Origin: Candidatus Rariloculaceae bacterium
GTDB taxonomy: Bacteria; Pseudomonadota; Gammaproteobacteria; Steroidobacterales; Rariloculaceae
Reading direction: 5' to 3'
Assembly: GCA_965204155.1 (NCBI GenBank)
Contig: OZ241971.1
Location: 354,647 to 418,646 of the forward strand
DNA length: 64,000 nucleotides
Position 1 is the first letter of the stretch. The number at the start of each line of letters is the position of its first letter. Below, piece after piece: positions 10,496 through 20,565 of this stretch. A model generated the notes under the pieces. The model was not told where the DNA came from and did no database searches. It saw nothing but the letters and a program-made list of their open reading frames with translations. Both the position numbers and the translations under genes were made by a program.

Positions 10496-10867
10496 ATGAA
10501 GGTCAACAGCCGCGTGCGCGACGGGGTAATGATCGTGTCGGTGAGCGGTCGCGTGCTGCTGCCGCGCACGGACGTATTCGCCGCGTGGGTCAAGTCGGAG
10601 GTCGGCGAGCGCCTGGACGGGGCGGTGGTCCTGGAGTGCGCGCGCATGACGTACATCAACTCGGCCGGGTTCAGGGAGATCCTGATGCTGGCCCGGCGCA
10701 TGGGCGAGCACGGCGGGCGGCTGGCGCTGTGCGGGTTGTCGCCGCAGATCCGGCGCACGTTCGAGGTGGTGGGTTTCGACCGGGTGCTGGACATCTGCGA
10801 AACCCTCGAGGACGCGCTCAAGGCGGTGTCGGACCCTTCGGCAACGGACGAGGTTTGCAATACCTGA
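10496..10867 (+). CDS. STAS-domain anti-sigma factor antagonist
   Basis: VVLECARMTYINSAGFREIL (phosphorylatable Ser motif), LCGLSPQIRRTFEVVGFDRVL. Confidence 0.9.
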   Translation: MKVNSRVRDGVMIVSVSGRVLLPRTDVFAAWVKSEVGERLDGAVVLECARMTYINSAGFREILMLARRMGEHGGRLALCGLSPQIRRTFEVVGFDRVLDICETLEDALKAVSDPSATDEVCNT

Positions 10868-13357
10868 GCGGCTGGCTCGGCTCCATGCCGCAGCACTGCT
10901 TTTGACCGTCCTGGCCGGTCGCCATACACTAGGGCGAGCCGCCGGTGTCCGCGCGGGTCGATGCGAATCACCACTCCTTCCGTCTGCGCGCTGGGCATCA
11001 TGGCGCCCGACGCCGGCGGCACAACTCCCTGCTTCGACGCTTTGGTACGATCGAAACAATGGCCGCACATCTGGCCTGGGGGCAACCGGGTTTTGCGTCC
11101 ACCGGCAGGCGGGCTGCCTGTTTCGATCCGCGCCCCCGTGATGGAAGGACAGCAGCTCACCGCAAGGATTCAATCAAGGCGGTGTCGAACCGGTCGGCAA
11201 CGGACGAGGTTGGCAATGCTTGAACGACCGATGCGGCTGCACGCAGCAGCACTGCTTTTGACCGTCCGCGTCGGCTCCCATACACTGGCGAAAGGCGCCT
11301 GGTCGCTCTTGAGCGAAGGGTCAGAGGGAGTCATGGTCAAACTGTCGGAACGAACAAGGTGAATACGGAGGAGAAGTTCAGATTCAGGTACTCGACGGAA
11401 GATTTATCCGACGAAATTTCAGAGTCTGCGGTGTTCATTGTCCACCAATAATGCGCCAGTTGATACAAGCCGCCATTCTGTTGAGCGTGTGCGTTACTTT
11501 CTCCGGTTGCTGGATATTCCTTCCAGGTCCGCAGGAACGCTTGGCCATTGCCGCTAGGCACGGAGGGGAAGCAGGCTTTCGAAGGGAGCTTGATAAATAC
11601 AGAATGTATTTGAATTTACGTTGTTGTGGGCACGGCAGACTGGACTCCCTGGAGTGGGCTATCGAGCACGACAGGCGCACCAGGCGCGACGACCCCGATG
11701 TTGTGCGAGCCATCGAGGTATTAATAGCCGCGGGGGCAGACGTCAATGGCGGATCTCTACACCGGGCCGCGTTCGCCAACAGTATTGCCGCGACGACTGC
11801 GCTGATCGGCGCGGGCGCCGACGTTAATGCTATGGAATCGGGCACAGATCAAACACCGCTGGACAGGGCGGTCGAGGGATGCCTCCGAGGATTCACCGAT
11901 GGAACGAACCAGCGCTCCGACGTGGCAGTTGCAGCAACTATCGCCGAGGCTGGAGGGCGTCTGAACGTACCGGTGAGCTTTGAGCAAACTCACACCATAA
12001 GGTGGGTCCGGACCGACTCATGGGACGAGGCCCCGGTAGGAGCAGCGATAGAGGGTTGTTATCCGAAGGAGGTTCGGTGGGCGACACGCTGTAGCTCACC
12101 CACCGACCCAGTGTTTGCAATGCCACGCGTAGTGGGGTGTAGTCGGGAAAACAAACTTGCTGCATTGACGCTGACCGCATCGCGGAGCAGCGACAGGCAG
12201 GAACTGCTGAAGACGGCCGACGGCGTGAGTCTCTACGGAGTTGTTCGGCTGGTGCAACGTGATGCCGCAACCTGCCACGTCGATCTTGAAGAAGAGTGGA
12301 TCCCTCCCGAAACCATGCAAAAATTCGATGAGTCCCTGGAGGGACAACCGTTCCACCTCTGGGAAGTGATTTTTTCCGTCTCAAATGGATCGAATCGTGA
12401 GATCGAGTATTTGAATGCGCATTCTCACATCGATCCATCTTGGTCAGGATGTACGGAGTTGAGGCCGCATTATGAGCTGGAAGGCAACTACTCTGGCGCA
12501 GAAGTAGAGTATTGGAGCGCAACCGCGGGCATTCTGCATCCCGGCGGTGCCAGACCCATGCCGCCCGGGCAGACGGAGTCCGAAACCGTTTTGCTAATGG
12601 CTCTTCATGGCAATCGCCCACGCTTCTCCGATTGGAACGTAACCTATACGTTTGAAGATCCTGGCAACCCGGTTGGTCAGTAAACGCAACCGGACTATCT
12701 CCAGATGGAATCGTTCATCGATTCAGATTGAGGCATTCCTGTTGCGGCGGGCTCCAGCAGGCAAGGGTCCTGCGAGTTACTTGATGGACGCAGTAACTGC
12801 TGAATGAGCGAGACTATCGATTGGCTGCGGGAACCGGCATCGTGGCACGGACGAACAAGCCAATCGCTACAGCGCCGGCGTAGTGGCTGCAGTGGCGAGG
12901 ACTACCGCCGCTTTGGCGCTGATCGTCTGGAACTCGTCTTTGGCGAGCTCCATCGATTGTTGCGTCGAGCCGTTGCGCGCGATCACGGCCTTCGCGAAGC
13001 GAAGGAGCGGCGCATCGGCTCGCGTACAGAGGTTGTTCCGCACGGGACGTAGTGGTCGGTCCCGTTGTAAAGACCGGCAGCGCCGAGCACTGCAAGAAAT
13101 GCTTGATCACCGATCAATCCACGCTCGCGTATTGCCATGTCGCAATCCGGGAGGCTGGCGCTGTGCGGGTTGTCGCCGCAGCGCTGCTTTTGACCGTCCG
13201 GGTCGCCCCTAATGCACTGGCGCAAGCCGCCGGTGCCCGCGCGGGTTGATGCGAGTCGTTGCTCCCTCCGTCGACGCGTCGGGCTCTCGTGGCGCCCGAC
13301 GCTGGCGGCACCTCCCTCCTCCGACGCGTTTGTCCGATCGAAACGATGGCAGCGCAC
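10719..13357 (+). repeat. Three imperfect direct copies of the STAS 3' end/downstream sequence
   Basis: 10818-10935 matches 11174-11290; 10719-10747 is identical (29 bp) to 13153-13181; 10887-11070 matches about 13175-13357. Confidence 0.85.
11451..12683 (+). CDS. Ankyrin-repeat lipoprotein with uncharacterised C-terminal domain
   Basis: Lipobox FSGC; LIAAGADVN, SLHRAA, LIGAGADVNA, TPLDRA ankyrin motifs. Confidence 0.85.
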   Translation: MRQLIQAAILLSVCVTFSGCWIFLPGPQERLAIAARHGGEAGFRRELDKYRMYLNLRCCGHGRLDSLEWAIEHDRRTRRDDPDVVRAIEVLIAAGADVNGGSLHRAAFANSIAATTALIGAGADVNAMESGTDQTPLDRAVEGCLRGFTDGTNQRSDVAVAATIAEAGGRLNVPVSFEQTHTIRWVRTDSWDEAPVGAAIEGCYPKEVRWATRCSSPTDPVFAMPRVVGCSRENKLAALTLTASRSSDRQELLKTADGVSLYGVVRLVQRDAATCHVDLEEEWIPPETMQKFDESLEGQPFHLWEVIFSVSNGSNREIEYLNAHSHIDPSWSGCTELRPHYELEGNYSGAEVEYWSATAGILHPGGARPMPPGQTESETVLLMALHGNRPRFSDWNVTYTFEDPGNPVGQ

Positions 13358-13604
13358 CCGGCGGATGATCGGGACCGGATTCTCGGACGCCGCGTCGTCG
13401 CGCGCTACGGATTTGACTTCACCGCTACCGCCAGGCTCTGCGAAGCCGCCAGGAAGGTCCGACTATGTTTCAGTCGGCGCCTGTCTGATCGCGTGTCAAT
13501 GCCTCGCAAACGCGACGATATCGATCGGCTCCGTCCCGCCGATTCTGGCAGCGCTGGATGCGGTCGGGTGGAGTCGGCAACGATGTGCGACGGTAAACTA
13601 TCAG

Positions 13605-13659
13605 ATTAGTAGTACTAATACAGTGCACTAACTATTAATATTGTAGTGCATGCACTACA
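13605..13659. promoter_or_regulatory. AT-rich cluster of palindromes (candidate operator)
   Basis: attagta-g-tactaat (13605-13619), agtgcact, tattaata, and perfect 18-bp tgtagtgcatgcactaca (13642-13659). Confidence 0.45.
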
Positions 13660-14340
13660 GAGGACAAGGCGCGCGGCAGCTGACCCACGCAATCGGCGGA
13701 CGTTGTGTACCGTTACTGGCTGAACGTTTCATATGAACGCGTCCGTTTTTTCGGTTTGGGGCGGATACTCGGCTTCCGAAGCGCATGACCCCGATATACA
13801 GGACATTCTCAAATGCCGGAACCGCGAGAATTTTTTGGCGTTGACCACTCGGGCGAAACTGCGTCAAGGTAGTACGTCTCAACCGTGGACCCAAGCCGGG
13901 GACAAGCATATGGCTGTACTGGAGGCCCATGGCCAGAGTACAGAGCGGGTTGCGGACCGGGGGTGGTTTTGGCTGATGCGAAAACGGGGTCCTACTGCAA
14001 CTGCGGCATCCTGCCTTGGCGCTTCAGCCCCCAGTGCAGCCGATGGGAATTTCGGGTGCGGTCGCGATTCACACTCAGCGAGGTCTTGCCATGTGCGTGT
14101 GCGTCCGGCCGCTTCCAGGAAAGGCGGTGTCGAGCCGGTCGGGAACGGAAATTGACAAGCGGAGAGAGGGGCAGCAAAAAAACGCCTTGTGATATGCTGC
14201 CCGCGGGGCTGTCCGATGGGTAGGCGAAAATTGCGCGCGGATTCAGTATCAGAACCATAATATCGGTTGGAATCGCGCCCGTCTGCCAAAAATTCAATTG
14301 TGTTGAAGCAACGTACCTGCAAGGGAGGCATAGGGTTGTC

Positions 14341-17340
14341 ATGCGTACACTGGTGTTCATTTCGGGATTGGCCGCTGTCGCGGCGTCCGCGCAGGAATCT
14401 GCGGTTTCGGGATCGTCGGGGGAGGATGCCGTCATCGAGCAGATCATCGTGACGGCGACCCGGCGCGAGGAGTCCGTCACCGACGTTCCGCTGGCGGTGT
14501 CGGCGTATGACGCCGAGCGGATCGAACTCAGCCGCGTGACCGACATCATGGAGTTGATGCGCGTGGCGCCGAGCTTTCACGTCGCCTCCGGCCAGGCGGA
14601 ATCGGTCGGAGTGACGGCACGGATTCGGGGCGTCGGCACGAACAGCGACAACCCGGGACTGGAGTCTTCCGTCGGGATGTACATCGACGGGGTGTACCGC
14701 AACCGCGCCACGGTGGGTTTCACGGAGCTGGGCGCAATCGAGCGCATCGAGGTACTGCGCGGGCCGCAGGGTACGCTGTTCGGGCGCAACAGCTCGGCCG
14801 GGGTGGTCAGCATCATCACCGCTCTGCCGGACCCCGAGGGATCGGGCTACGCCGACATCAGCATCGGCTCCTACGGCACGAACCGGGTCGAGGCCGGCGT
14901 CAGCGGCGGCATCGGGCAGGATACCTCGGCACGGCTGGACGCAGTGTTCTTCCAGCGCGACGGGTTTCTGGAGGACCTCAACTACGATCGCAGTTTCAAC
15001 AACCGCGATCGCACGTTCCTTCGCGGGCAGCTTGTTTTCGAGCCCTCCGACACAGTGCGCCTGCGGCTGATCGGCGACTACAGCGACCGCGGGGAAAACT
15101 GCTGTGCGGCGGTGGGCCTGATCGAGGGACCCACCGCGCCGGTGGTCAATCGGATCGCCCGGGCCGGGAATCCGGATACGGTGGGTATCGCCTTCGATCC
15201 TTATGCCCGCGGAGCCACCGTCACGGAGACGTCCGGTTACTACCAGGCCGTCGAGGAAGGCGGGGTGTCGCTGGAGATCGACGCGGACCTGCCGTTCGCC
15301 CGCTTGGTGAGCGTGACCGCGAAGCGGGACTGGGAAACGGCTCGCGAGCAGGACATCGACTTTTCCGCGATGGACATCGGCGAAAGGCCGCTCGGCGAAT
15401 ACAAACTGGGATTCGAGACGTTCAGCCAGGAACTTCGGTTCAGCGGCCGGAACGGTCCGCTGGACTGGCTGGTGGGCGCGTACTTTGCCGACGAGCGGCT
15501 GCCGTACGAGGATGCGCTCGATTTCGGGGTGCACTACAGCCCGTACGCAAACGGCATCGCCGCCCAGGCCGCGGCCGGGATCGGCGCCGGATTCGACGGA
15601 TTCCGCCAGCTTGCACAGATCGATGCGCTGGAGGCCGGGGCGGCCGGAATCGCCCAGGGTGCCGCGGGATTGTCCGCCGGGCTGGCGGGTCTGTCTGCGG
15701 GTCTGGCGCCACTGGGCGCCGCGTTCGCGCAGTTCGCACCGCATCTGCCGCCGGGATATCCGTTGCCTGTGGTGCCGACAGTTCCGGCGGCGCCGACGCT
15801 GTCGGGCACGTTGCCGTCTTTTCCCGGCTTCGAGTACGGCAACTGGCTGGCGAATGGCGGGTATGAAGGCATTTCAGGAGCCGGCTTCCACGGTAATGGC
15901 GTGCGCGATTCGTTCGAGCAGGAATCGCGTTCCTGGGCGCTGTTCACCCACAATACGGTGGAACTGCAGAACGATTTCGAACTGACGCTGGGCTTGCGCT
16001 ACACGGTTGAAGACAAGTCCATGACGGCGAATCTTCGCTCCACCGACCAGGTTTGCCTGCCTTTCAGCCAACGGTTTCTGGGTTCGCTGCAAGCGAACCG
16101 GGAGTACCTGCAGGGTGTAGGCGCCTATGCGCAGGCACTCGGGACTTATTCGGCACAACTGCGGGGACTGTCGGTGCCGACGGAGGAACTGAAGGACTTC
16201 GCTGCCAGCCTCACCCACGAACCCAGCTTTTTGCCGCCGGAACTCGCTGCCATGCTTCCGCCGGGATTGCCCGAGCAGCTTCACGGGCTGATTGACGGAG
16301 CGGAGCAACTCGATCGGGCCGCGCACGGCATTCTGGCCGGAGCGGACCAGTTGCTTCCGGGACTGCCCCAGGTGGCGGCCGGCGGCCACCAACTTCTGAC
16401 CGACCCCGCCCTGGTCGGGGGCCTGGGCGCCATGGTCGCGCTGGGTTGTACGCCCTTTACGGACCCTTCGCTGGACGGGGCTTACGCAGGCGCACTGGAT
16501 GAGAGCGAGACTACCGGGACGCTGCGGATTTCCCGAAACATGGGCGATCACCTGCTGTACGGGGGTTACGCCCGGGGCTACAAGGCAGGCGGATTCAACA
16601 TGGACCGAACCGGGTTGTCCAGCCCGATCCTGACCGCGTTGGCGGGTACGCCCATCGCACCGTCGATCGATCAATGGATCTTTCTCCCCGAAACCGTCGA
16701 CTCGTTCGAGCTGGGCGGAAAGTTCAGCCTCGACGACTGGCGCGCGCTGCTCGATGTCAGCGTCTTTCAGGAGGAGTTCGAGGGCTATCAGCTCACGGCG
16801 TTCACGGGATTTGCGTTCGAAGCGCTGAATATTCCGGAAGTCACTTCGCGGGGCGTTGAGATCGAGGCGCGCGGTACCGTCAACGGCGCCATCGACCTTT
16901 TCGGGGGCGTGACGTACGCCGATGTGCGCTTCGGGGACAGCGCCGAGCACGGTTACCGCGCCGGACAGCAACTGACGCACGCGCCGAAACTGACGGGCGT
17001 GGGCGGCATCACGTTACGCTTTCCGCTGGGTCCCCTGGCAGGCGTGTTCCATTTCGACGCCCGCTACACGGGAGAACACAATACCGGGGCGGACCTTGAC
17101 ATCGAGAAGATTCAGCAAGCCTACACCGTGGCCAATGCCAGGCTGATCTTTCGGTCCGCCGGAATATCGCCCTGGACGGTGGACTTCTGGGTTCAGAACG
17201 TATTCGACGAGAATTTCGCGATTACGGTATTCGACGCACCCCTGCAGGGCAGCGGCACAGGCCCCGGATCGACACAGACATTCAACGCATTCATCGGCGA
17301 CCCGCGCGTTTACGGCGTGAGTGTCCGGTATGACTTCTGA
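14341..17340 (+). CDS. TonB-dependent receptor
   Basis: TonB-box-like EQIIVTATRRE; plug motif IERIEVLRGPQGTLFGRN; GYKAGGFN; ends PRVYGVSVRYDF. Confidence 0.95.
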   Translation: MRTLVFISGLAAVAASAQESAVSGSSGEDAVIEQIIVTATRREESVTDVPLAVSAYDAERIELSRVTDIMELMRVAPSFHVASGQAESVGVTARIRGVGTNSDNPGLESSVGMYIDGVYRNRATVGFTELGAIERIEVLRGPQGTLFGRNSSAGVVSIITALPDPEGSGYADISIGSYGTNRVEAGVSGGIGQDTSARLDAVFFQRDGFLEDLNYDRSFNNRDRTFLRGQLVFEPSDTVRLRLIGDYSDRGENCCAAVGLIEGPTAPVVNRIARAGNPDTVGIAFDPYARGATVTETSGYYQAVEEGGVSLEIDADLPFARLVSVTAKRDWETAREQDIDFSAMDIGERPLGEYKLGFETFSQELRFSGRNGPLDWLVGAYFADERLPYEDALDFGVHYSPYANGIAAQAAAGIGAGFDGFRQLAQIDALEAGAAGIAQGAAGLSAGLAGLSAGLAPLGAAFAQFAPHLPPGYPLPVVPTVPAAPTLSGTLPSFPGFEYGNWLANGGYEGISGAGFHGNGVRDSFEQESRSWALFTHNTVELQNDFELTLGLRYTVEDKSMTANLRSTDQVCLPFSQRFLGSLQANREYLQGVGAYAQALGTYSAQLRGLSVPTEELKDFAASLTHEPSFLPPELAAMLPPGLPEQLHGLIDGAEQLDRAAHGILAGADQLLPGLPQVAAGGHQLLTDPALVGGLGAMVALGCTPFTDPSLDGAYAGALDESETTGTLRISRNMGDHLLYGGYARGYKAGGFNMDRTGLSSPILTALAGTPIAPSIDQWIFLPETVDSFELGGKFSLDDWRALLDVSVFQEEFEGYQLTAFTGFAFEALNIPEVTSRGVEIEARGTVNGAIDLFGGVTYADVRFGDSAEHGYRAGQQLTHAPKLTGVGGITLRFPLGPLAGVFHFDARYTGEHNTGADLDIEKIQQAYTVANARLIFRSAGISPWTVDFWVQNVFDENFAITVFDAPLQGSGTGPGSTQTFNAFIGDPRVYGVSVRYDF

Positions 17341-17519
17341 GTCCGAGGCGCGGTTTCGGAGCAGCGCGGAGGTGAATCGGCCGGTCGGATCGAAGCACCG
17401 GTTTGTTCCAATAATTGCCCGCCGCAACAGTTCCGCAGAGTTCGGGGAGCGCTTTCCCGTGTTCAACCCACTACCAGCACCAAGGCATTGTCGTGTCGCG
17501 CCTGGTCAGGAGCGCGGTA

Positions 17520-19646
17520 CTAGTGCACGGCTGTTTCGTATCGAACTCCAGCCGGCACCGGCACAGGCTGAAACACCGTGACGCCGTGGCTCCCGGACGT
17601 TGGCTGAGACGCATCGACCGCGACGAACGCCGTGTAATCGGAAATCAGTTCGTACTCCAGCGCCGTCTGCCGGATCAGGTCTTCCAGTTCGCCGAACGGA
17701 TCGGCGGTCCAGACACGGCTGTTCATCAGGTCGGCGATGCGCAGCCGCGCCCAGATCTGCGGCAGAAACGCATGGACAGGCTCGTGTTCGCCGGTCGGAA
17801 CAGCGAACTCGATCCGTTCTCCGCCGGCGCTGCCGTGCACGATCGGATCGCCCGGCTCGCCCCGGTATCGGCCGGTGACGATCACCGGCCGGCCGACGAA
17901 CAGGTCGGGCAGGCGGGTCGGGTACACGGCGTTGACCTGCATGTCGCCCCAGTCGATACTGACGTCGGCAAGCGCCGGGTGGCTGATCCTGTCGAAGAAG
18001 TCGTTCATCACATCGCTGCCGGAATCGTTGAGGCCAAGGTAGGCGACGGCGCCCCGTCCGGCCACGGCCATCCGTTCGAGCAGGTAGCGATTGGGCGAGG
18101 ATCCCACGCCGAAACTGAAGATTCTCGACTCGCCGATGGACCGGTGGATTTCGCTCAGAATATCGGCCTCGTTGCCGATGTAGCCATCGGTCAGGAACGT
18201 CACGAATCGCAGCCGCCGCCGATCGTGCGGAAAGTCGAGCGCGGCGCGGATGCCCTCGATCATCATCGTGCCGCCGCTGCCGTTTAGCGACGCAACGTAT
18301 TGCTTCGCACGCTGAATGTTCCTGCGTGTGGCCCGCACGGGCTCGTCGCCGAACTGGCTTGCGTTGTTCGAGAACCGGATGACCTGAAAGGTGTCGCCGG
18401 GTTCCAGCCGGTCCAGCGCTCTCAGAATCGCGGCCCTGGCCTGGGCCAGGGGTTGCCCGTCCATGGACCCGGAGCAATCCAGCACGAACACCAGTTCCAG
18501 CGGATGCCTGCGCAAGTTCTCCAGGTCGTCAGGCGGATACAGCATCATCGTGAAGTACCCCTGATCGGGCTCCTCGGGGTCTGCGTAACTCAGCAGGTTC
18601 GACTTGATCCGCCCGCCCGCCACCTTGAAATCGAGCACGAAATCCCGGTTCGGAATCGTGCTCCGGTTGGCGAGCTGGATGGTCGCGGTGCCTTCGCCGG
18701 TGCGCACGTCTTCAATCAAATGGCTGGCATCGATGGCCTCGATCTCCACGCCGGCGTTCAGTTCGACGTTGATGGCGATGTCGTGCCCCGAGCGTTCGCG
18801 CGGATGCAGGTACTGCACGGCTACGCGCCGTGAGTCCGGCTGGATCGGGGTGCGCGGCAGCGCCAGTACGGGATCGGTCGACCCGGGCGGATTGAAGCGC
18901 GGCCCGACGACGGTGGGAAACACGAACGAGTACCACCCGTCCCGGTAGGCTAGCGTGTGAAAGTAGCGGATGTTGACGTCGATCCGGTGGCCGGGCTCGA
19001 TGTTCGCCACCTTCTGCTCGAAGATGTTGGGGCGGTGCTGGGTGAGCAGGCTCGCCCGGTACCCCTGCGCGCGGGCTTCCGCATAGATGGCTTCGGCCTC
19101 CTCGCGCTCCCTCAGAATACCCCGGATTCGCCGCTCGCCGATGGTCATGACGAATTCGCTGACCGCCGCCTTTTCCGGCAGCGGAAACACGTAGACCGCC
19201 TCGATCTTTCGGTCGAACGGATTCTCGAACTGCTGGGTGACGTCCACCGTGCTGACGTAACCGACGATCTGCGCGCGCACCTCGGTGTGCTTGAGCGGCA
19301 ACGCCAACTCAACGTCGAGTTCAACTTGATCCTCGTCCGGGAGAAGCGACGCCAGCATCGCGCCGGTACCGGGCGAGTCTTCCTGGATTGTACCCACCAT
19401 CTGTTCGGTTCGATCAGGGGTTGCAATGATCCAAAGTTCCTCGGCAGCGCCTTGCGCCATCGGTCCGACCTCGGGGGCAAAACCCGGGGCTCCCCTCGCT
19501 GCGGTGACCCCGGCCTGTTCCAGTTGCCCGCCAGTCCCAAGCAAGCCTGATGACCCACCGTTTCCTCCGCACGCGGCAAGGACTATCGCTGCGAAGCACC
19601 CGGTTGCTAACAACATGATCCGCATCAGAAATGTCTGTCTGTTCAT
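17520..19646 (-). CDS. VIT + vWA domain lipoprotein (inter-alpha-trypsin inhibitor-like)
   Basis: Lipobox LAAC; VIT (LPLKHTEVRAQI...QQFENP..IEAVYVFPLP); MIDAS FVLDCSGSM, FLTDG. Confidence 0.9.
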   Translation of the reverse strand: MNRQTFLMRIMLLATGCFAAIVLAACGGNGGSSGLLGTGGQLEQAGVTAARGAPGFAPEVGPMAQGAAEELWIIATPDRTEQMVGTIQEDSPGTGAMLASLLPDEDQVELDVELALPLKHTEVRAQIVGYVSTVDVTQQFENPFDRKIEAVYVFPLPEKAAVSEFVMTIGERRIRGILREREEAEAIYAEARAQGYRASLLTQHRPNIFEQKVANIEPGHRIDVNIRYFHTLAYRDGWYSFVFPTVVGPRFNPPGSTDPVLALPRTPIQPDSRRVAVQYLHPRERSGHDIAINVELNAGVEIEAIDASHLIEDVRTGEGTATIQLANRSTIPNRDFVLDFKVAGGRIKSNLLSYADPEEPDQGYFTMMLYPPDDLENLRRHPLELVFVLDCSGSMDGQPLAQARAAILRALDRLEPGDTFQVIRFSNNASQFGDEPVRATRRNIQRAKQYVASLNGSGGTMMIEGIRAALDFPHDRRRLRFVTFLTDGYIGNEADILSEIHRSIGESRIFSFGVGSSPNRYLLERMAVAGRGAVAYLGLNDSGSDVMNDFFDRISHPALADVSIDWGDMQVNAVYPTRLPDLFVGRPVIVTGRYRGEPGDPIVHGSAGGERIEFAVPTGEHEPVHAFLPQIWARLRIADLMNSRVWTADPFGELEDLIRQTALEYELISDYTAFVAVDASQPTSGSHGVTVFQPVPVPAGVRYETAVH

Positions 19647-19661
19647 GGAATGCACTCTCCG

Positions 19662-20114
19662 CTAAGGGGTGTTGAAATCGATGGAGGCCTGAATCGGCTC
19701 ACCGTCTGGTCCGCCTGCGGCCATGAGGTTCAGGACGTATTCCGGGTCGGCGGTGCCTTCAAGCCGGACGTGAACGGTGGCCACGCGGCTGCGGCCTGTG
19801 GGTAACTCGGTTGCCGGCTGCAAGGAATAGTCCGCCACCACGATGCGGTCCGCCGCGCCCTCGCTTACCGCCGCAAGATCGTAGTACGGTGCCTCGCCGA
19901 ACGCATCGCTCTCGCCGTTCTCTACGCCCACGACCCGCATCGTTCCGGATGCTTCACGCAATTCGAACTGCCAGGCGGCCAGCGGCTCGGCCGTCTCGAG
20001 ATAGATTTCCAAAACGGTAAAGCGCGTGCCGGTTCCGATGGACTGCGAAAACGCGGACCACCCCGCAGCCATCAGAACGGCACAGAACAAGACTGTCGCC
20101 AGCGCCCTTCTCAT
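19662..20114 (-). CDS. Exported cohesin-like beta-sandwich protein
   Basis: Signal peptide; LEIYLE..PLAAWQFEL..VVGVE..G...VATVHV pattern resembles cohesin; ATGA overlap with upstream gene. Confidence 0.6.
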   Translation of the reverse strand: MRRALATVLFCAVLMAAGWSAFSQSIGTGTRFTVLEIYLETAEPLAAWQFELREASGTMRVVGVENGESDAFGEAPYYDLAAVSEGAADRIVVADYSLQPATELPTGRSRVATVHVRLEGTADPEYVLNLMAAGGPDGEPIQASIDFNTP

Positions 20115-20509
20115 GGAGCTATTCCATTCAGGGCCACGATGTCAGCGATGAGCGCGTCGATCCGCGCTTGCGCGACCCGTTCCTCGTCCATTCGCGCCAG
20201 CGCAAACGCATCCAGGATGTCAACGGCGCCGGACCGGTCGAAGTCGTTTGCCAGCACGGCCGGTTCCATGCCGGTCTGCGTTCGCACCAGGAATACGCCG
20301 ACCGCCAGGCTCGCCGCCAGTGTGCCGGCCACCGCCCAGCGCCTCCGTGCCGGGCGCCGCCTGTCAGGGCGTTCCGCGAAATGCGCCGCAGCCGCGTCGG
20401 CCACGCGGCGGTCAACCGCGGGTGTAAGCAGCGCCATGGACTTGTCCAGACGCTTGAGCCCCTCGACGGCGTCGTTCGGCAGCTCGATGGATTCGGTTTC
20501 CGGGTTCAT
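20111..20509 (-). CDS. Putative anti-sigma factor with C-terminal dockerin-like motif
   Basis: Follows ECF sigma; single TM (WAVAGTLAASLAVGVFLV); NDFDRSGAVDILDAFAL loop-helix. Confidence 0.7.
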   Translation of the reverse strand: MNPETESIELPNDAVEGLKRLDKSMALLTPAVDRRVADAAAAHFAERPDRRRPARRRWAVAGTLAASLAVGVFLVRTQTGMEPAVLANDFDRSGAVDILDAFALARMDEERVAQARIDALIADIVALNGIAP

Positions 20510-20565
20510 GATCGTTCCTTATGGGTTAAGCGCTCGAACAGCCGAAAAGGTTCAAAAAATTTTTT

